Below, in pieces: positions 27,113 through 36,634 of a stretch of 64,000 nucleotides of DNA. The notes under the pieces were generated by a model that was not told where the DNA came from, searched no databases, and saw only the letters and a program-made list of their open reading frames with translations. Positions within the stretch are counted from its first letter, which is position 1; every line of letters starts with the position of its first letter. The position numbers and the translations under genes are program-made. This DNA comes from an uncultured delta proteobacterium (GTDB lineage: Bacteria > Desulfobacterota > Desulfarculia > JACQYL01 > CAWGVV01), in NCBI GenBank assembly GCA_963821845.1, contig CAWGFI010000013.1, forward strand, positions 1,012-65,011, read 5' to 3'.

Positions 27113-28996
27113 TTGATGCCGCGAAAAATCGCAAAGTACGGCTTCCGCTTCCTGGCGGGAGCCGTTTTATTTCTCTTCATCCTGTATGGAGCGCTCAACT
27201 TCGCCGTGTCCTGGCCGCGCGTGCGCGATCCACTCCTGCGCAGTCTCGACTCGGTCATCGGGTATCGGGTGGAGACGCGCGATCTTTCCTTCGCCCTGTG
27301 GCCCCGGCCTCACATCCGGGCGGACAAGGTGGTTCTGCGAAAACTCCAGGGCGGTCAAACCATCTCCCTGAAACGGCTCGGCGTCCGCTTTAACGCTCGC
27401 GAGCTGCTCTCCCTGAAATTTACACCCAGCGAAATCAGGTTGGTGGAACCGGTTCTCGAACTCTCGGGAAAACCAAAAGACGAGTCGGAAAAGGAAGGGA
27501 CGGGCGGCTTGCCCATGGGCGGCTGGCCGGGCGGCCTGGATTCTTTTTCCATCGTGAACGGAACCATACGGCTTTCCGGCCATGACATGGTCGAAGCCTT
27601 GAACGTCACCGTCCTGCCCATGCCGGGGAAAAGCGCTCCGCCGCTGAATGTGTCCGCGAGCGCCCGGCTTTATTATAAGGGCGAGAAAATTCCGGCGCGC
27701 TTCGTGGGCAGGGTCCGCCCGGGCGAAGATCCGCGGTCGCTGCCGGACTGGAATATAGACGGCCATTTCTCGGCGCAGGATCTGCCGCTCAAATTGGCGA
27801 CCTCATTGTCGGCGTTCGAAAACATGAGCGGGCTCGGCGAAGCCGATATCCAGGCGCGAGGCTCCTGGGGCGGCGATTTTCAGGCCCGGGGCGTGGTGCG
27901 GCTCGAAGACCTGCGCTTCCGCTATGTGCGCAGTCACGGGGCCAAGGACTATGACCTCAAGTATCTCACCCTCGACTTCGACGGCGCCCGCAAGGGTTTG
28001 GTCTGGGACGACCCCAACATCCGCGTCAGAGGCAAGGACCTCGATTTACGGGTGAAGCTTAAGCTCGATTTCGGCGGCCCGGACGGACCGATCATCGACG
28101 CCACGGGTAACGCGACGGAAATGCCCATGCGGTCGTTCATGGACTATTTTCCTTCCCCCAATCTTCCACCCCTCGTGACCGACCGGATTCTGAACCGGGC
28201 GAAAAGCGGGTCCGCGCTGGTCAATCTTCTGCGCATCAACGGGACGCTTCATCAGATAGATAACGCGGGCGACCCGAAAAACGGTTCGGTCGTGACCTGC
28301 GACATCGCCTTCCGCGATCTGGAGTCCGACCTTTCCGGAAAGGTCTGGCCGGTGAAAAAACTGGCGGCCGTCGTCTCCTACGCGGACGGAAACCTGGACA
28401 TCCATGATGTGTCGTTCCGTTTCGGGAAATCGGAAACCAAGAATCTGCGGATTTTCATGCAGGGCATTCTTGGCGGCGAACGAAGGCTGGACATCGGCGT
28501 CCAGGGCGATTACCTGCTGGAGGATCTGGTCAGGCAGACCGGATTCGAAGAGGTTCCGCGTCTGGTCAAGTCGCTTGCCGACGACTTCAAGGTCCTGACC
28601 GGAAGCGTCCGGGTGAATCTGAACGCCCAACACACCTGGAATCAAAAAGAAAAACCACTTTTGTGGGGCGTGGCGCACGGAAAGAATGTCTTTCTGGAAC
28701 GCGACGGGCTTAACGGCCCCGTTTCGCTGGAACAGGCCGACGTCCGTTTTACCAGGGAAGGCCACGCCATACTGGACGCCAAGGGGACCTGGAACGACAT
28801 AGGCTTCACCATGCGCTCGGACAGCCTTTCGTGGACGGACCCCGTGAAAAAATATTCGGCGTCCTTCGACGCGTCCATCGACATCAAGCGCATGATGGAG
28901 ATCGTGGGCGCGGATCTTCCCGAACCACTGGTTGTCACGGGCGCGCTTCCGGTCCGCGCCGAGGTGAAGCGCCGGGACGACGAGTACCTCCTTTGA
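27113..28996 (+). CDS. AsmA-family protein, N-terminal part (frame breaks near 28990)
   Basis: N-terminal TM anchor 'YGFRFLAGAVLFLFILYGALNF' plus AsmA-like beta-rich repeats. It continues in another frame into 29043..30530. Confidence 0.7.
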   Translation: MMPRKIAKYGFRFLAGAVLFLFILYGALNFAVSWPRVRDPLLRSLDSVIGYRVETRDLSFALWPRPHIRADKVVLRKLQGGQTISLKRLGVRFNARELLSLKFTPSEIRLVEPVLELSGKPKDESEKEGTGGLPMGGWPGGLDSFSIVNGTIRLSGHDMVEALNVTVLPMPGKSAPPLNVSASARLYYKGEKIPARFVGRVRPGEDPRSLPDWNIDGHFSAQDLPLKLATSLSAFENMSGLGEADIQARGSWGGDFQARGVVRLEDLRFRYVRSHGAKDYDLKYLTLDFDGARKGLVWDDPNIRVRGKDLDLRVKLKLDFGGPDGPIIDATGNATEMPMRSFMDYFPSPNLPPLVTDRILNRAKSGSALVNLLRINGTLHQIDNAGDPKNGSVVTCDIAFRDLESDLSGKVWPVKKLAAVVSYADGNLDIHDVSFRFGKSETKNLRIFMQGILGGERRLDIGVQGDYLLEDLVRQTGFEEVPRLVKSLADDFKVLTGSVRVNLNAQHTWNQKEKPLLWGVAHGKNVFLERDGLNGPVSLEQADVRFTREGHAILDAKGTWNDIGFTMRSDSLSWTDPVKKYSASFDASIDIKRMMEIVGADLPEPLVVTGALPVRAEVKRRDDEYLL

Positions 28997-30530
28997 CACG
29001 AAAACCGGTCTCGACGGCTTCAAGATTCTTTCCGGCTCCACGGTGATCGAATTGAACGGGGCCGAAGACAAGGCCGAATTCACCGGCGCCTATGCGCCCG
29101 CTCAAGGGCTTACCATACGGAAGTTTCAGGCGACTCTGGCGTCCTCGTCCCTCAAGGCCGCCGGATCGTGGAACAAGGGCGCGTACGCCCTCGATCTGAC
29201 GGTGGATCGTCTGGAACCCTGCGACCTGGGCGGCGCGCTGTGTTCGCTGCTGAAAGAGCGGGGCGGGTATTTTTCCGGCGAACTGCATGCTACCGGGACG
29301 GGTCCGGACGAGGCCCCGCGCTTCCACGGATATCTCCGGGGCGTGGACCTGTCGGCGCCGGCGGGTCTTTTGGCGTCCCCCATCCATAACGCCGCGTTCC
29401 TGGCCCGGTTTTCCGATCGGGATTTCAATCTGGAGCGGCTCGATCTCACCTTCGGCGCCAGCGACGCGCATGTGACCGGCTCCTTTGAAGACTGGAAAAG
29501 CCCCCGGGGGAAGTTTGAAATTCAAGGCGGCTATCTGGCCATCGGCGACATGACGAACCTGAATGGGAAACCCTCCTCCGGCAAGGGAAGCCGGATCTAT
29601 GAAGCCATGCGGGGCCGGGAAGTGGCTATCGACATCTCGGCGCAGGTGGACGAAGGCCGGTTCAAGTCCTTCGGATTTCAGGATCTGCGCCTGAACGGCC
29701 TGCTCTCCAACAACATCTTTTCGACCCAGTACTTGAGTTTCAGTTCGGGCGCGGGCGTGTGCGACGGCGAGCTTCTGATTCCCTTCACCGCCGAGAAAAC
29801 GCCCCATTTCACCATGCGCGCGGAGTTCAAGAACCAGCCCATTCAGGAACTGGCCCAAAGCTTGGGAGAGGAAACGGAAAAGCTGACCGGCTTGCTGGAC
29901 CTGCGGGCGGAACTCAAGACCTGGGGCGAGGACAAGCGCGATCTCCTGCGCAACCTCCAGGGGCAGGCCGAACTGAAAGCCCATGACGGGGCCATAAAAA
30001 AGTCGAACATCCTGCTCAAGATATTTTCGCTGCTCAATATGCAGAAAATGCTCGTGGGCAAGTTTCCGGACTTCAGGACCCGGTTTATGAAATACGATCA
30101 GATGAGCGCCTCTTTCGAGATAAAGAACGGAGTCGCGGAAACCGAGGATTTCAGGTTGGACGGCGCCGACGCCCGCTTCGTCGGAACCGGAAAAATAAAT
30201 TTGGCGGAAAATTCGATCGACGCCACCATCGGCGTCGCGCCGCTGGTCACCGTGGACACGATCCTGAGCAAGATTCCGCTGGCGGGTTTTATCCTGACCG
30301 GCAAGGAAAAGAGTCTTCTGACCTTCTATTTCAACGCCACCGGCGAGCTTTCCGATCCGAAAGTGGAAATGGCGCCGTTTCAGTCGCTGGCTCACACGGT
30401 GCTGGGCATTCTGATGCGAACCTTTACCGCTCCCGCTCGCATCATCGACCGGAATTATGACCCGGAAATCGATTTGAAATTCAAGGACGACCCCGAGGCG
30501 CGACACAAGCAAGCGCCGGAAACTCCATGA
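28992..30530 (+). CDS. AsmA-family protein, C-terminal part
   Basis: The frame is open well upstream of the listed GTG ('FDTKTGLDGFKILSGSTVIELNG'). AsmA/YhdP-type C-terminus 'FEIKNGVAETEDFRLDGADARFVGTGKINLAENSIDATIGVAPLVTVD'. Confidence 0.7.
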   Translation, partial: FDTKTGLDGFKILSGSTVIELNGAEDKAEFTGAYAPAQGLTIRKFQATLASSSLKAAGSWNKGAYALDLTVDRLEPCDLGGALCSLLKERGGYFSGELHATGTGPDEAPRFHGYLRGVDLSAPAGLLASPIHNAAFLARFSDRDFNLERLDLTFGASDAHVTGSFEDWKSPRGKFEIQGGYLAIGDMTNLNGKPSSGKGSRIYEAMRGREVAIDISAQVDEGRFKSFGFQDLRLNGLLSNNIFSTQYLSFSSGAGVCDGELLIPFTAEKTPHFTMRAEFKNQPIQELAQSLGEETEKLTGLLDLRAELKTWGEDKRDLLRNLQGQAELKAHDGAIKKSNILLKIFSLLNMQKMLVGKFPDFRTRFMKYDQMSASFEIKNGVAETEDFRLDGADARFVGTGKINLAENSIDATIGVAPLVTVDTILSKIPLAGFILTGKEKSLLTFYFNATGELSDPKVEMAPFQSLAHTVLGILMRTFTAPARIIDRNYDPEIDLKFKDDPEARHKQAPETP

Positions 30531-30828
30531 ATGAACGCAAAAACGCCACTTTTTGTGAGACGGCGCAATTGATGAATATCAATCGAGCCGACCGAATCAA
30601 CCCCCTCAACCATCCCGACAGATAAAAAAGTATATCGATACTTCTTCTTATTTTAAATATCATCATATCTCTCTTATTTATCTTGACACCCGGCGTCCCG
30701 GTTTATAGGTTAGGAGTGGACTTTGTATACAATGGATGTTTGTATACAGAAACAATCGAAAAACGGAAAAGGCATATCCCGATGTACCGCTAGCTGGAGA
30801 AAACCCAAACAACCAGGGAGGAGAGGAG

Positions 30829-31263
30829 ATGGAGTGTAGAGGCTTTCGCCATATCCGTTACACATTCGTGTTGGTGGTTCTGGCCCTGATCGCCGCCGGT
30901 TGCGCTCACGCGGACAAAGCGTACAAACCCGCGGGGCCCGTGGAGTGCGACAGCGAAATCTCGTGGGAAGTGGCCAAGGAGGCGGAAATCACTTCGTTCA
31001 AGTGCTACATGGACATGTACGAGAAAAAGTACGAATCCATTCATTACACCATAGGTGTCAAAAACATATCCGATAAACCGCAGCGATATCGCGTCAATAT
31101 TTTCATCCCCGAAGGAAGAGCCGTTGGAGGCCTGTTGCCTCGCACGGGTAAGCCTCCCGTGGTCAAACCCGGCGAAGAAGCGACCTTTACCTATCCCATG
31201 AAGGATTTCAAGCAGATTCCCAAACAGATAGACGTAATCGTCCGCACGATCGTGGTTGAGTAA
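30829..31263 (+). CDS. lipoprotein, hypothetical
   Basis: 'MECRGFRHIRYTFVLVVLALIAAGC' signal with lipobox. GGAGGAGAGG SD. The upstream extension to 30736 was rejected. Confidence 0.6.
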   Translation: MECRGFRHIRYTFVLVVLALIAAGCAHADKAYKPAGPVECDSEISWEVAKEAEITSFKCYMDMYEKKYESIHYTIGVKNISDKPQRYRVNIFIPEGRAVGGLLPRTGKPPVVKPGEEATFTYPMKDFKQIPKQIDVIVRTIVVE

Positions 31264-31291
31264 CCAACGTAATTTTTAAAGGGAGGCGACG

Positions 31292-32275
31292 ATGAAAAGA
31301 TCCGCGCTAGTGACCTTGAGCGGCTTGATTGTTTTGGCGGCGTTGTTCTGTTTTTCCGGCCAGGCGATGGCGAAAACCGAATTCATTTCCATCGGCACCG
31401 GAGGCACCGGCGGCGTCTATTATCCCTATGGCGGCGGACTGGCCGAAATCTGGACCAAGTACGTCAAGGGCGTAAAGGCGGTCGCGGAAGTGACCGGCGC
31501 TTCGGTCGAAAACGTCCGGTTGTGCGATCGCGGCGAAACCGTGATCGGCCTGGTCATGGGCGACGTGGCCTACCAGGGCTATTTCGCGGAAGGCCGCTTC
31601 AAGGGCAAACCGCAGAAGATCTACGCCATGTTCATGATGTATCCCAACCTCTATCAGGTGGTTACGCTGCAAGGATCGGGCATTAACTCCATCTACGACG
31701 TAAAGGGCAAGGACGTCTCGGTGGGAGCGCCGGGAAGCGGCACCGAATTCATGACCAACCTGGTGTTCGACGCCCTGGGTATCCCCTACGACAGCTTCAA
31801 GGTCCACCGTCTGTCCTTTGTGGAAAACTCCAACGCGCTCCGCGATAAGACCATCGACGTGGGCATCTGGTGTGTGGCTCCCGGCACTTCCTCGATCATG
31901 GACCTCGCCACCACGCACAAGATCGAGATAATTCCGTTTACGCCGGAAGAACAGAAAAAGGTTACCGAAAAATACACCTTCTACGCGCCGTTCGATCTGG
32001 CCGCGGGCATCTATAACGGGATCGAAAAGGAAGTGCCCACCGTTTCCGTCTGGAACGTGGTTATCTGCAGCCAGGACCTGGACGAAGACCTGGTCTACAA
32101 CCTGACCAAGGCGGTCTTCGACCATCAGAGCTACCTCATGCAGATACATCCGTTCGCGAAATACACGACTCCCGAAAACGCGGTGAAAACGAGTCCCATC
32201 CCGTTCCACCCCGGAGCGATAAAGTATTTCAAGGAAAAGGGCATAGAAATTCCGGAACGGCTCATGCCGAAATAA
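31292..32275 (+). CDS. TAXI-family TRAP transporter solute-binding protein
   Basis: 'ISIGTGGTGGVYYPYGGGLAEIW' TAXI signature and a signal peptide. Confidence 0.9.
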   Translation: MKRSALVTLSGLIVLAALFCFSGQAMAKTEFISIGTGGTGGVYYPYGGGLAEIWTKYVKGVKAVAEVTGASVENVRLCDRGETVIGLVMGDVAYQGYFAEGRFKGKPQKIYAMFMMYPNLYQVVTLQGSGINSIYDVKGKDVSVGAPGSGTEFMTNLVFDALGIPYDSFKVHRLSFVENSNALRDKTIDVGIWCVAPGTSSIMDLATTHKIEIIPFTPEEQKKVTEKYTFYAPFDLAAGIYNGIEKEVPTVSVWNVVICSQDLDEDLVYNLTKAVFDHQSYLMQIHPFAKYTTPENAVKTSPIPFHPGAIKYFKEKGIEIPERLMPK

Positions 32276-32358
32276 GGCGAGGCGGGGCATAAACGGGGTA
32301 GGGCTGTGAACGCTACCCCGTTTTGTTTGTCCCGGCGACCTTGCGGCCGAATTGCAAC

Positions 32359-32862
32359 ATGCGATATTCCGGAAAATTCATTGCCCTCTGGGTTGTCCTG
32401 GCGGCGGCGGTCCTGCTCGCGGCCGCCATGCTAGCCGCCCCGACCTATTCTCTCGATCTGACCTACTTCGATTCGGGCGAACCGTTGCTGTCGGTTCCGC
32501 TCGAAAAAGGCGAGCGGTTTAACATTCATTACATGCATTCCGTCGATATCTCCCCGGTGGTGGAGGTTTTCGCGCTCGGCAAGGACGGCTCGCTCATGCT
32601 GGAGGAAAGCCGTTTTCGCATGTTCGGGGCGGGTTTCGATCATTGGCGCGGCCACGGCGAACTGATCGGCGATAACGGGTGGGAAAGAATCGTCAACATC
32701 GACCAGCCCCTGGAATCGTTCATCCTGCGGGTCGGTCAAAAAGGCGTCGATCATACCCTGGCCTACCGGGGGCGCGAAATAAACCTGACGGAAGTGGCGG
32801 CGGGAAAGCGCGTGACGATTTCAGTCCGACGAGAGTCCCGCCTCGAACGATGGTTCCACTGA
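32359..32862 (+). CDS. DUF1850 domain protein (TAXI-TRAP operon accessory)
   Basis: Position between the TAXI receptor and the fused permease. N-terminal TM helix. The size and context are typical of DUF1850. Confidence 0.6.
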   Translation: MRYSGKFIALWVVLAAAVLLAAAMLAAPTYSLDLTYFDSGEPLLSVPLEKGERFNIHYMHSVDISPVVEVFALGKDGSLMLEESRFRMFGAGFDHWRGHGELIGDNGWERIVNIDQPLESFILRVGQKGVDHTLAYRGREINLTEVAAGKRVTISVRRESRLERWFH

Positions 32863-32879
32863 CATCGGAGAAAGGCTCT

Positions 32880-34811
32880 ATGTCGCAGCGCGAAGAACAA
32901 GGCAAAAACGGGTTCGTACGCGGCCTTAACCGCTTCATAACGGTTATCGCCGTAAGTTTGTCGCTTTTTCAGCTCTACACGGCGGGCTTTGGAGCGCTCA
33001 CCGCGCTCCGGCAGCGATCTTTTCACCTGGCGATGATACTGGTCCTCGTCTACGCCTTGTACCCGCCGCTCAAAAGCGTGAAAAAAGACCGGCTGAACCT
33101 GGCCTGCGTCATCGACTTCTTCCTGGTGGCGCTCAGTTTCGGCATCGGCGCCTACATATTTTTCGGGCTGGAGGACATCTTCCTGCGCCAGGGCGACTGG
33201 AACCGGACCGACATCGTGGTCAGCGTCATAGCCATCCTGCTGGTGCTCGAGGCTTGCCGCAGGGTCATCGGCTACATCATGATGGCGATCGGATTGATTT
33301 TCATCGGCTACGGGTATTTCGGGCCGTACGTTCCCGATCTCCTGGCTCATAAGGGCTACAGCATTGAACGGATCGTCACCCAGCTCTATCTGACTACCGA
33401 AGGGTTGTTCGGCGTGCCCATCGGCGTGGCCGCAACCTTTGTCTTCATCTTCGTGCTGTTCGGAGCGTTTCTGGAAAAAACGGGCGGCGGGAATTTCTTC
33501 ATCGATCTCGCCTATGCGGTGGCGGGCCGGTATCGGGGCGGTCCGGCCAAGACGGCGGTGTTGGCCAGCGGTTTCATGGGGTCGGTTTCAGGGTCCGCGG
33601 TGGCCAATGTGGTGACGACCGGTTCGTTCACCATTCCCATGATGAAGAAGATCGGCTACAAGCCGCACGTGGCCGGAGCCATCGAGGCGGCGGCTTCCAC
33701 GGGCGGGCAGCTCATGCCCCCCATCATGGGCGCGGGCGCGTTCCTCATGGCCGAATTCACCAACACGCCCTATCTGCACATCATCAAGATCGCCATTATT
33801 CCGGCGCTTATGTACTATCTTACGGTATTGACCTTTGTCCACATCGCCGCGTGCAAGGAAGGGCTCAAGGGACAAGACCCCTCGACCCTGCCCAAGGCGT
33901 GGACGACCCTGAAAAACGGGTGGCATTTTCTGTTCCCGGTGGCCGTGCTGATCTACGTGCTGCTCAACAACTACAGCCCCATGATGGCGGGTTTCGTGGC
34001 GGTTGTTTCGACGCTGGTGGCCTGTATGGCGCGCAAGGCTTCCCGGCTGGGGATAAAGGGGATTATCGAGGCGCTGGAGCTGGGTTCCCGCAACGCCGTG
34101 ATGGTGTCGGTGGCCTGCGCGGCGGCGGGCATCATCGTGGGTATCGTGGGGCTGACCGGCATGGGGCTCAAGTTTTCCAGCCTCGTGGTGTCGCTCTCCG
34201 GCGGGGTGCGGCTGTTCGCCATTCTGCTGATCGGGCTGGCGTCCCTGGTATTGGGGATGGGCCTGCCGGTGACCGCTTCCTACATCGTGCTGGTCATCCT
34301 GGCCGGACCGGCGCTCATGGATATGGGCGTTCCGCTGCTGACCGCCCACATGATCGTATTCTGGTACAGTCAGGACGCCAACGTGACGCCCCCGGTGTCG
34401 CTCGCTTCGTTCGCCGGGGCGGGGATAGCCGGGGCCAATCCCATGAGGACGGCGTTCACCTCCTGGAAGCTGGCCAAGGGGTTGTACCTCATCCCCATTG
34501 TCATGGCCTACAATCCCCTGCTTCTGGACGGCCCGTTCTGGGAGGTCATTCGGACGATCGTCAGCGCCACCCTGGGGCTTATCAGTTCGGCCGCTTTTCT
34601 GGAAGGCTACCTGTTCCGAAGAACCACCTGGTGGGAGTGGGCGCTGCTGGGGGCGGGCGGCGTGCTGCTTTTCTGGCCCGGCTACTGGCAGGACGCGCTG
34701 GGAGCGGCGATGTTTATCGTGGTCATACTGACTCAGAGATCGTCGGCGCTGGAATCGGCGAAGGACGGGGCCGCTTCTGGTTCGACGAGCGCGCGGCGGT
34801 CGCTTGTCTGA
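32880..34811 (+). CDS. TRAP transporter fused permease (4TM/12TM)
   Basis: About 643 aa, polytopic: 'RFITVIAVSLSLFQLYTAGFGALTALRQRSFHL' then 'GPAKTAVLASGFMGSVSGSAVANVVTTGSFTIPMMKK'. The ATG at 32880 is preferred. Confidence 0.9.
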   Translation: MSQREEQGKNGFVRGLNRFITVIAVSLSLFQLYTAGFGALTALRQRSFHLAMILVLVYALYPPLKSVKKDRLNLACVIDFFLVALSFGIGAYIFFGLEDIFLRQGDWNRTDIVVSVIAILLVLEACRRVIGYIMMAIGLIFIGYGYFGPYVPDLLAHKGYSIERIVTQLYLTTEGLFGVPIGVAATFVFIFVLFGAFLEKTGGGNFFIDLAYAVAGRYRGGPAKTAVLASGFMGSVSGSAVANVVTTGSFTIPMMKKIGYKPHVAGAIEAAASTGGQLMPPIMGAGAFLMAEFTNTPYLHIIKIAIIPALMYYLTVLTFVHIAACKEGLKGQDPSTLPKAWTTLKNGWHFLFPVAVLIYVLLNNYSPMMAGFVAVVSTLVACMARKASRLGIKGIIEALELGSRNAVMVSVACAAAGIIVGIVGLTGMGLKFSSLVVSLSGGVRLFAILLIGLASLVLGMGLPVTASYIVLVILAGPALMDMGVPLLTAHMIVFWYSQDANVTPPVSLASFAGAGIAGANPMRTAFTSWKLAKGLYLIPIVMAYNPLLLDGPFWEVIRTIVSATLGLISSAAFLEGYLFRRTTWWEWALLGAGGVLLFWPGYWQDALGAAMFIVVILTQRSSALESAKDGAASGSTSARRSLV

Positions 34812-34925
34812 TTCCGTATGCAAAAAAATCTTGGATTTCGGGGCGATCGAGGCTACTATCGGCGGGCCAAGGCCGCGATCCTGGCTCCAAGTCCAACGAC
34901 AACGCTCTAAAGGAGAATCCGAACG

Positions 34926-36482
34926 ATGGTAATTCCCGTGACCCTGAACAAAGCGCTCAAACATTTCCCCGATAAACTGGCGGTGCTCGATGGAGACCGG
35001 CGGTTCACCTATCGTGAACTCGCGGGGAGGGTATACCGCCTGGCCCGCTACTTCAAAAAGCTCAATATGAAAAAAGGCTCCTGCGTGTCCATTCTGGAGC
35101 CGAACTCGCATCGCTTCATGGAAACCTACTTCGCCGCGGCCCTGATCGGGGCCATTGTCAACCCGCTCAACATACGGCTGGCGGCTCGCGAAATTTCCTT
35201 TATCGTCGACGATTCCGAACCCACGCTGCTGATCGTTAACCGGGAGTACCGGAAGGTGATACTGGAAACGCGGGAATTGCTGCGCAACCCGGCCATGCCC
35301 ATTCTCTGGACCGGGGAAGGCGAATCGGCCGGGGGAACGGATTATGAAGACGCCATCGGCCGGGAAGACGACTCGCCGGTACCCATGGCCGACATCGACC
35401 GCGACACCGTGGCCCACCTGTATTACACCAGCGGAACCACCGGCAAGCCCAAGGGCGTCATGCTGACCCACGGAAACGTGACCTCCCACGCCTTGGGGAC
35501 CATCGCGGAACTGAACCTGTCCGACCGGGACGTCTGGATCCACCTGGCCCCCATGTTTCATCTCGCCGACGCCTGGGCGACCTTCGCCCTTACCTGGGTG
35601 GGGGGCAGGCATGTCATGGTGGGACGCTTCACGGCCGATCTGGCGCTCCAGCTCCTGGAACGGGAAAAAGTGACCCTGACCAACATGATCCCCACCATGC
35701 TCAACATGCTCGTCAACCATCCGGAGGTCCACTCCCACGACTATTCGAGCCTGCGGTTTCTGCTGAGCGGCGGAGCGCCCATCGCGCCCGAACTGGTGCG
35801 GCGTATCGTGGAAGCCTTCGGTTGCGACTATATTCAGACCTACGGTATGACCGAAACCAGTCCCTACCTGACTTTGTCGATCCTCAAGGAGCATTTGAAA
35901 AGTCTGCCCTATGACGAGCAGCTCAAGTTCAAGTCGCGCACCGGCAGGGAATTCATCGGGGTGGAGCTGCGGGTGGTGGACAACAAGGGAAACAACGTCG
36001 CTCCCGATGACACTCAGGTGGGTGAAATCATCGTGAGAGGCGACACGGTAACCCCCGGATATTGGAAACGGCCGGAAGAGACGGAAAAGGCGTTCAGGAA
36101 CGGATGGCTGCACACCGGCGACCTGGCCACCATCGACTCGGAGGGCTACGTCAATATCGTGGACCGTAAAAAGGACATGATCATAACGGGCGGCGAAAAT
36201 GTGTATTCCACGGAAGTAGAATACGTTCTATACGAACACCCCGCCGTGCTGGAAGTCGCTGTGTTCGGCGTGCCCGACTCTAAATGGGGAGAAGCGGTCA
36301 AGGCGGCGGTGGCGCTGAAACCCGGCGCCCAGGCCACCTCGGAGGAGCTGATTCAATTTTGCCGGGATCGCATCGCTCACTATAAGGCTCCTAAATCGGT
36401 GGATTTTGTTGAAGAAATACCGAAAACCGGTTCGGGAAAGATCTTCAAGAAGGGATTGCGGGACAAATACTGGGCCCAATAA
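34926..36482 (+). CDS. AMP-dependent acyl-CoA synthetase/ligase
   Basis: 'YYTSGTTGKPKGVMLTHGN', 'YGMTE', 'WLHTGDLA' and 'VDRKKDMIITGGENVYSTEVE' adenylate-forming enzyme motifs. Confidence 0.9.
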   Translation: MVIPVTLNKALKHFPDKLAVLDGDRRFTYRELAGRVYRLARYFKKLNMKKGSCVSILEPNSHRFMETYFAAALIGAIVNPLNIRLAAREISFIVDDSEPTLLIVNREYRKVILETRELLRNPAMPILWTGEGESAGGTDYEDAIGREDDSPVPMADIDRDTVAHLYYTSGTTGKPKGVMLTHGNVTSHALGTIAELNLSDRDVWIHLAPMFHLADAWATFALTWVGGRHVMVGRFTADLALQLLEREKVTLTNMIPTMLNMLVNHPEVHSHDYSSLRFLLSGGAPIAPELVRRIVEAFGCDYIQTYGMTETSPYLTLSILKEHLKSLPYDEQLKFKSRTGREFIGVELRVVDNKGNNVAPDDTQVGEIIVRGDTVTPGYWKRPEETEKAFRNGWLHTGDLATIDSEGYVNIVDRKKDMIITGGENVYSTEVEYVLYEHPAVLEVAVFGVPDSKWGEAVKAAVALKPGAQATSEELIQFCRDRIAHYKAPKSVDFVEEIPKTGSGKIFKKGLRDKYWAQ

Positions 36483-36634
36483 AAGCGGAAAAAAGTAATC
36501 GGGCGTGGTATACTCCGGGGAAAAATCGGGTCCGCCGAGCGCCGGTCGTCCGGCCCCAAGACCCGTGGTTCCCCCGGATGGAAAAGGGGGAAAACTCTTT
36601 ATTATAGCCGTGTAAGGAGGTTACCAATTACATA

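Noticed and set aside
30683-30709. TTGACA ... TATAGG as a sigma-70 promoter for the lipoprotein/TRAP genes.
   Set aside because: The spacer is only 15 nt and the -10 is poor, which is not strong enough to report as a feature.
33588-36113. 841-aa ORF on the minus strand spanning the TRAP permease and acyl-CoA ligase genes.
   Set aside because: Its composition is dominated by R/G/H/P/Q runs, which is typical of antisense shadow ORFs in high-GC DNA. The plus strand encodes two clearly recognisable families.
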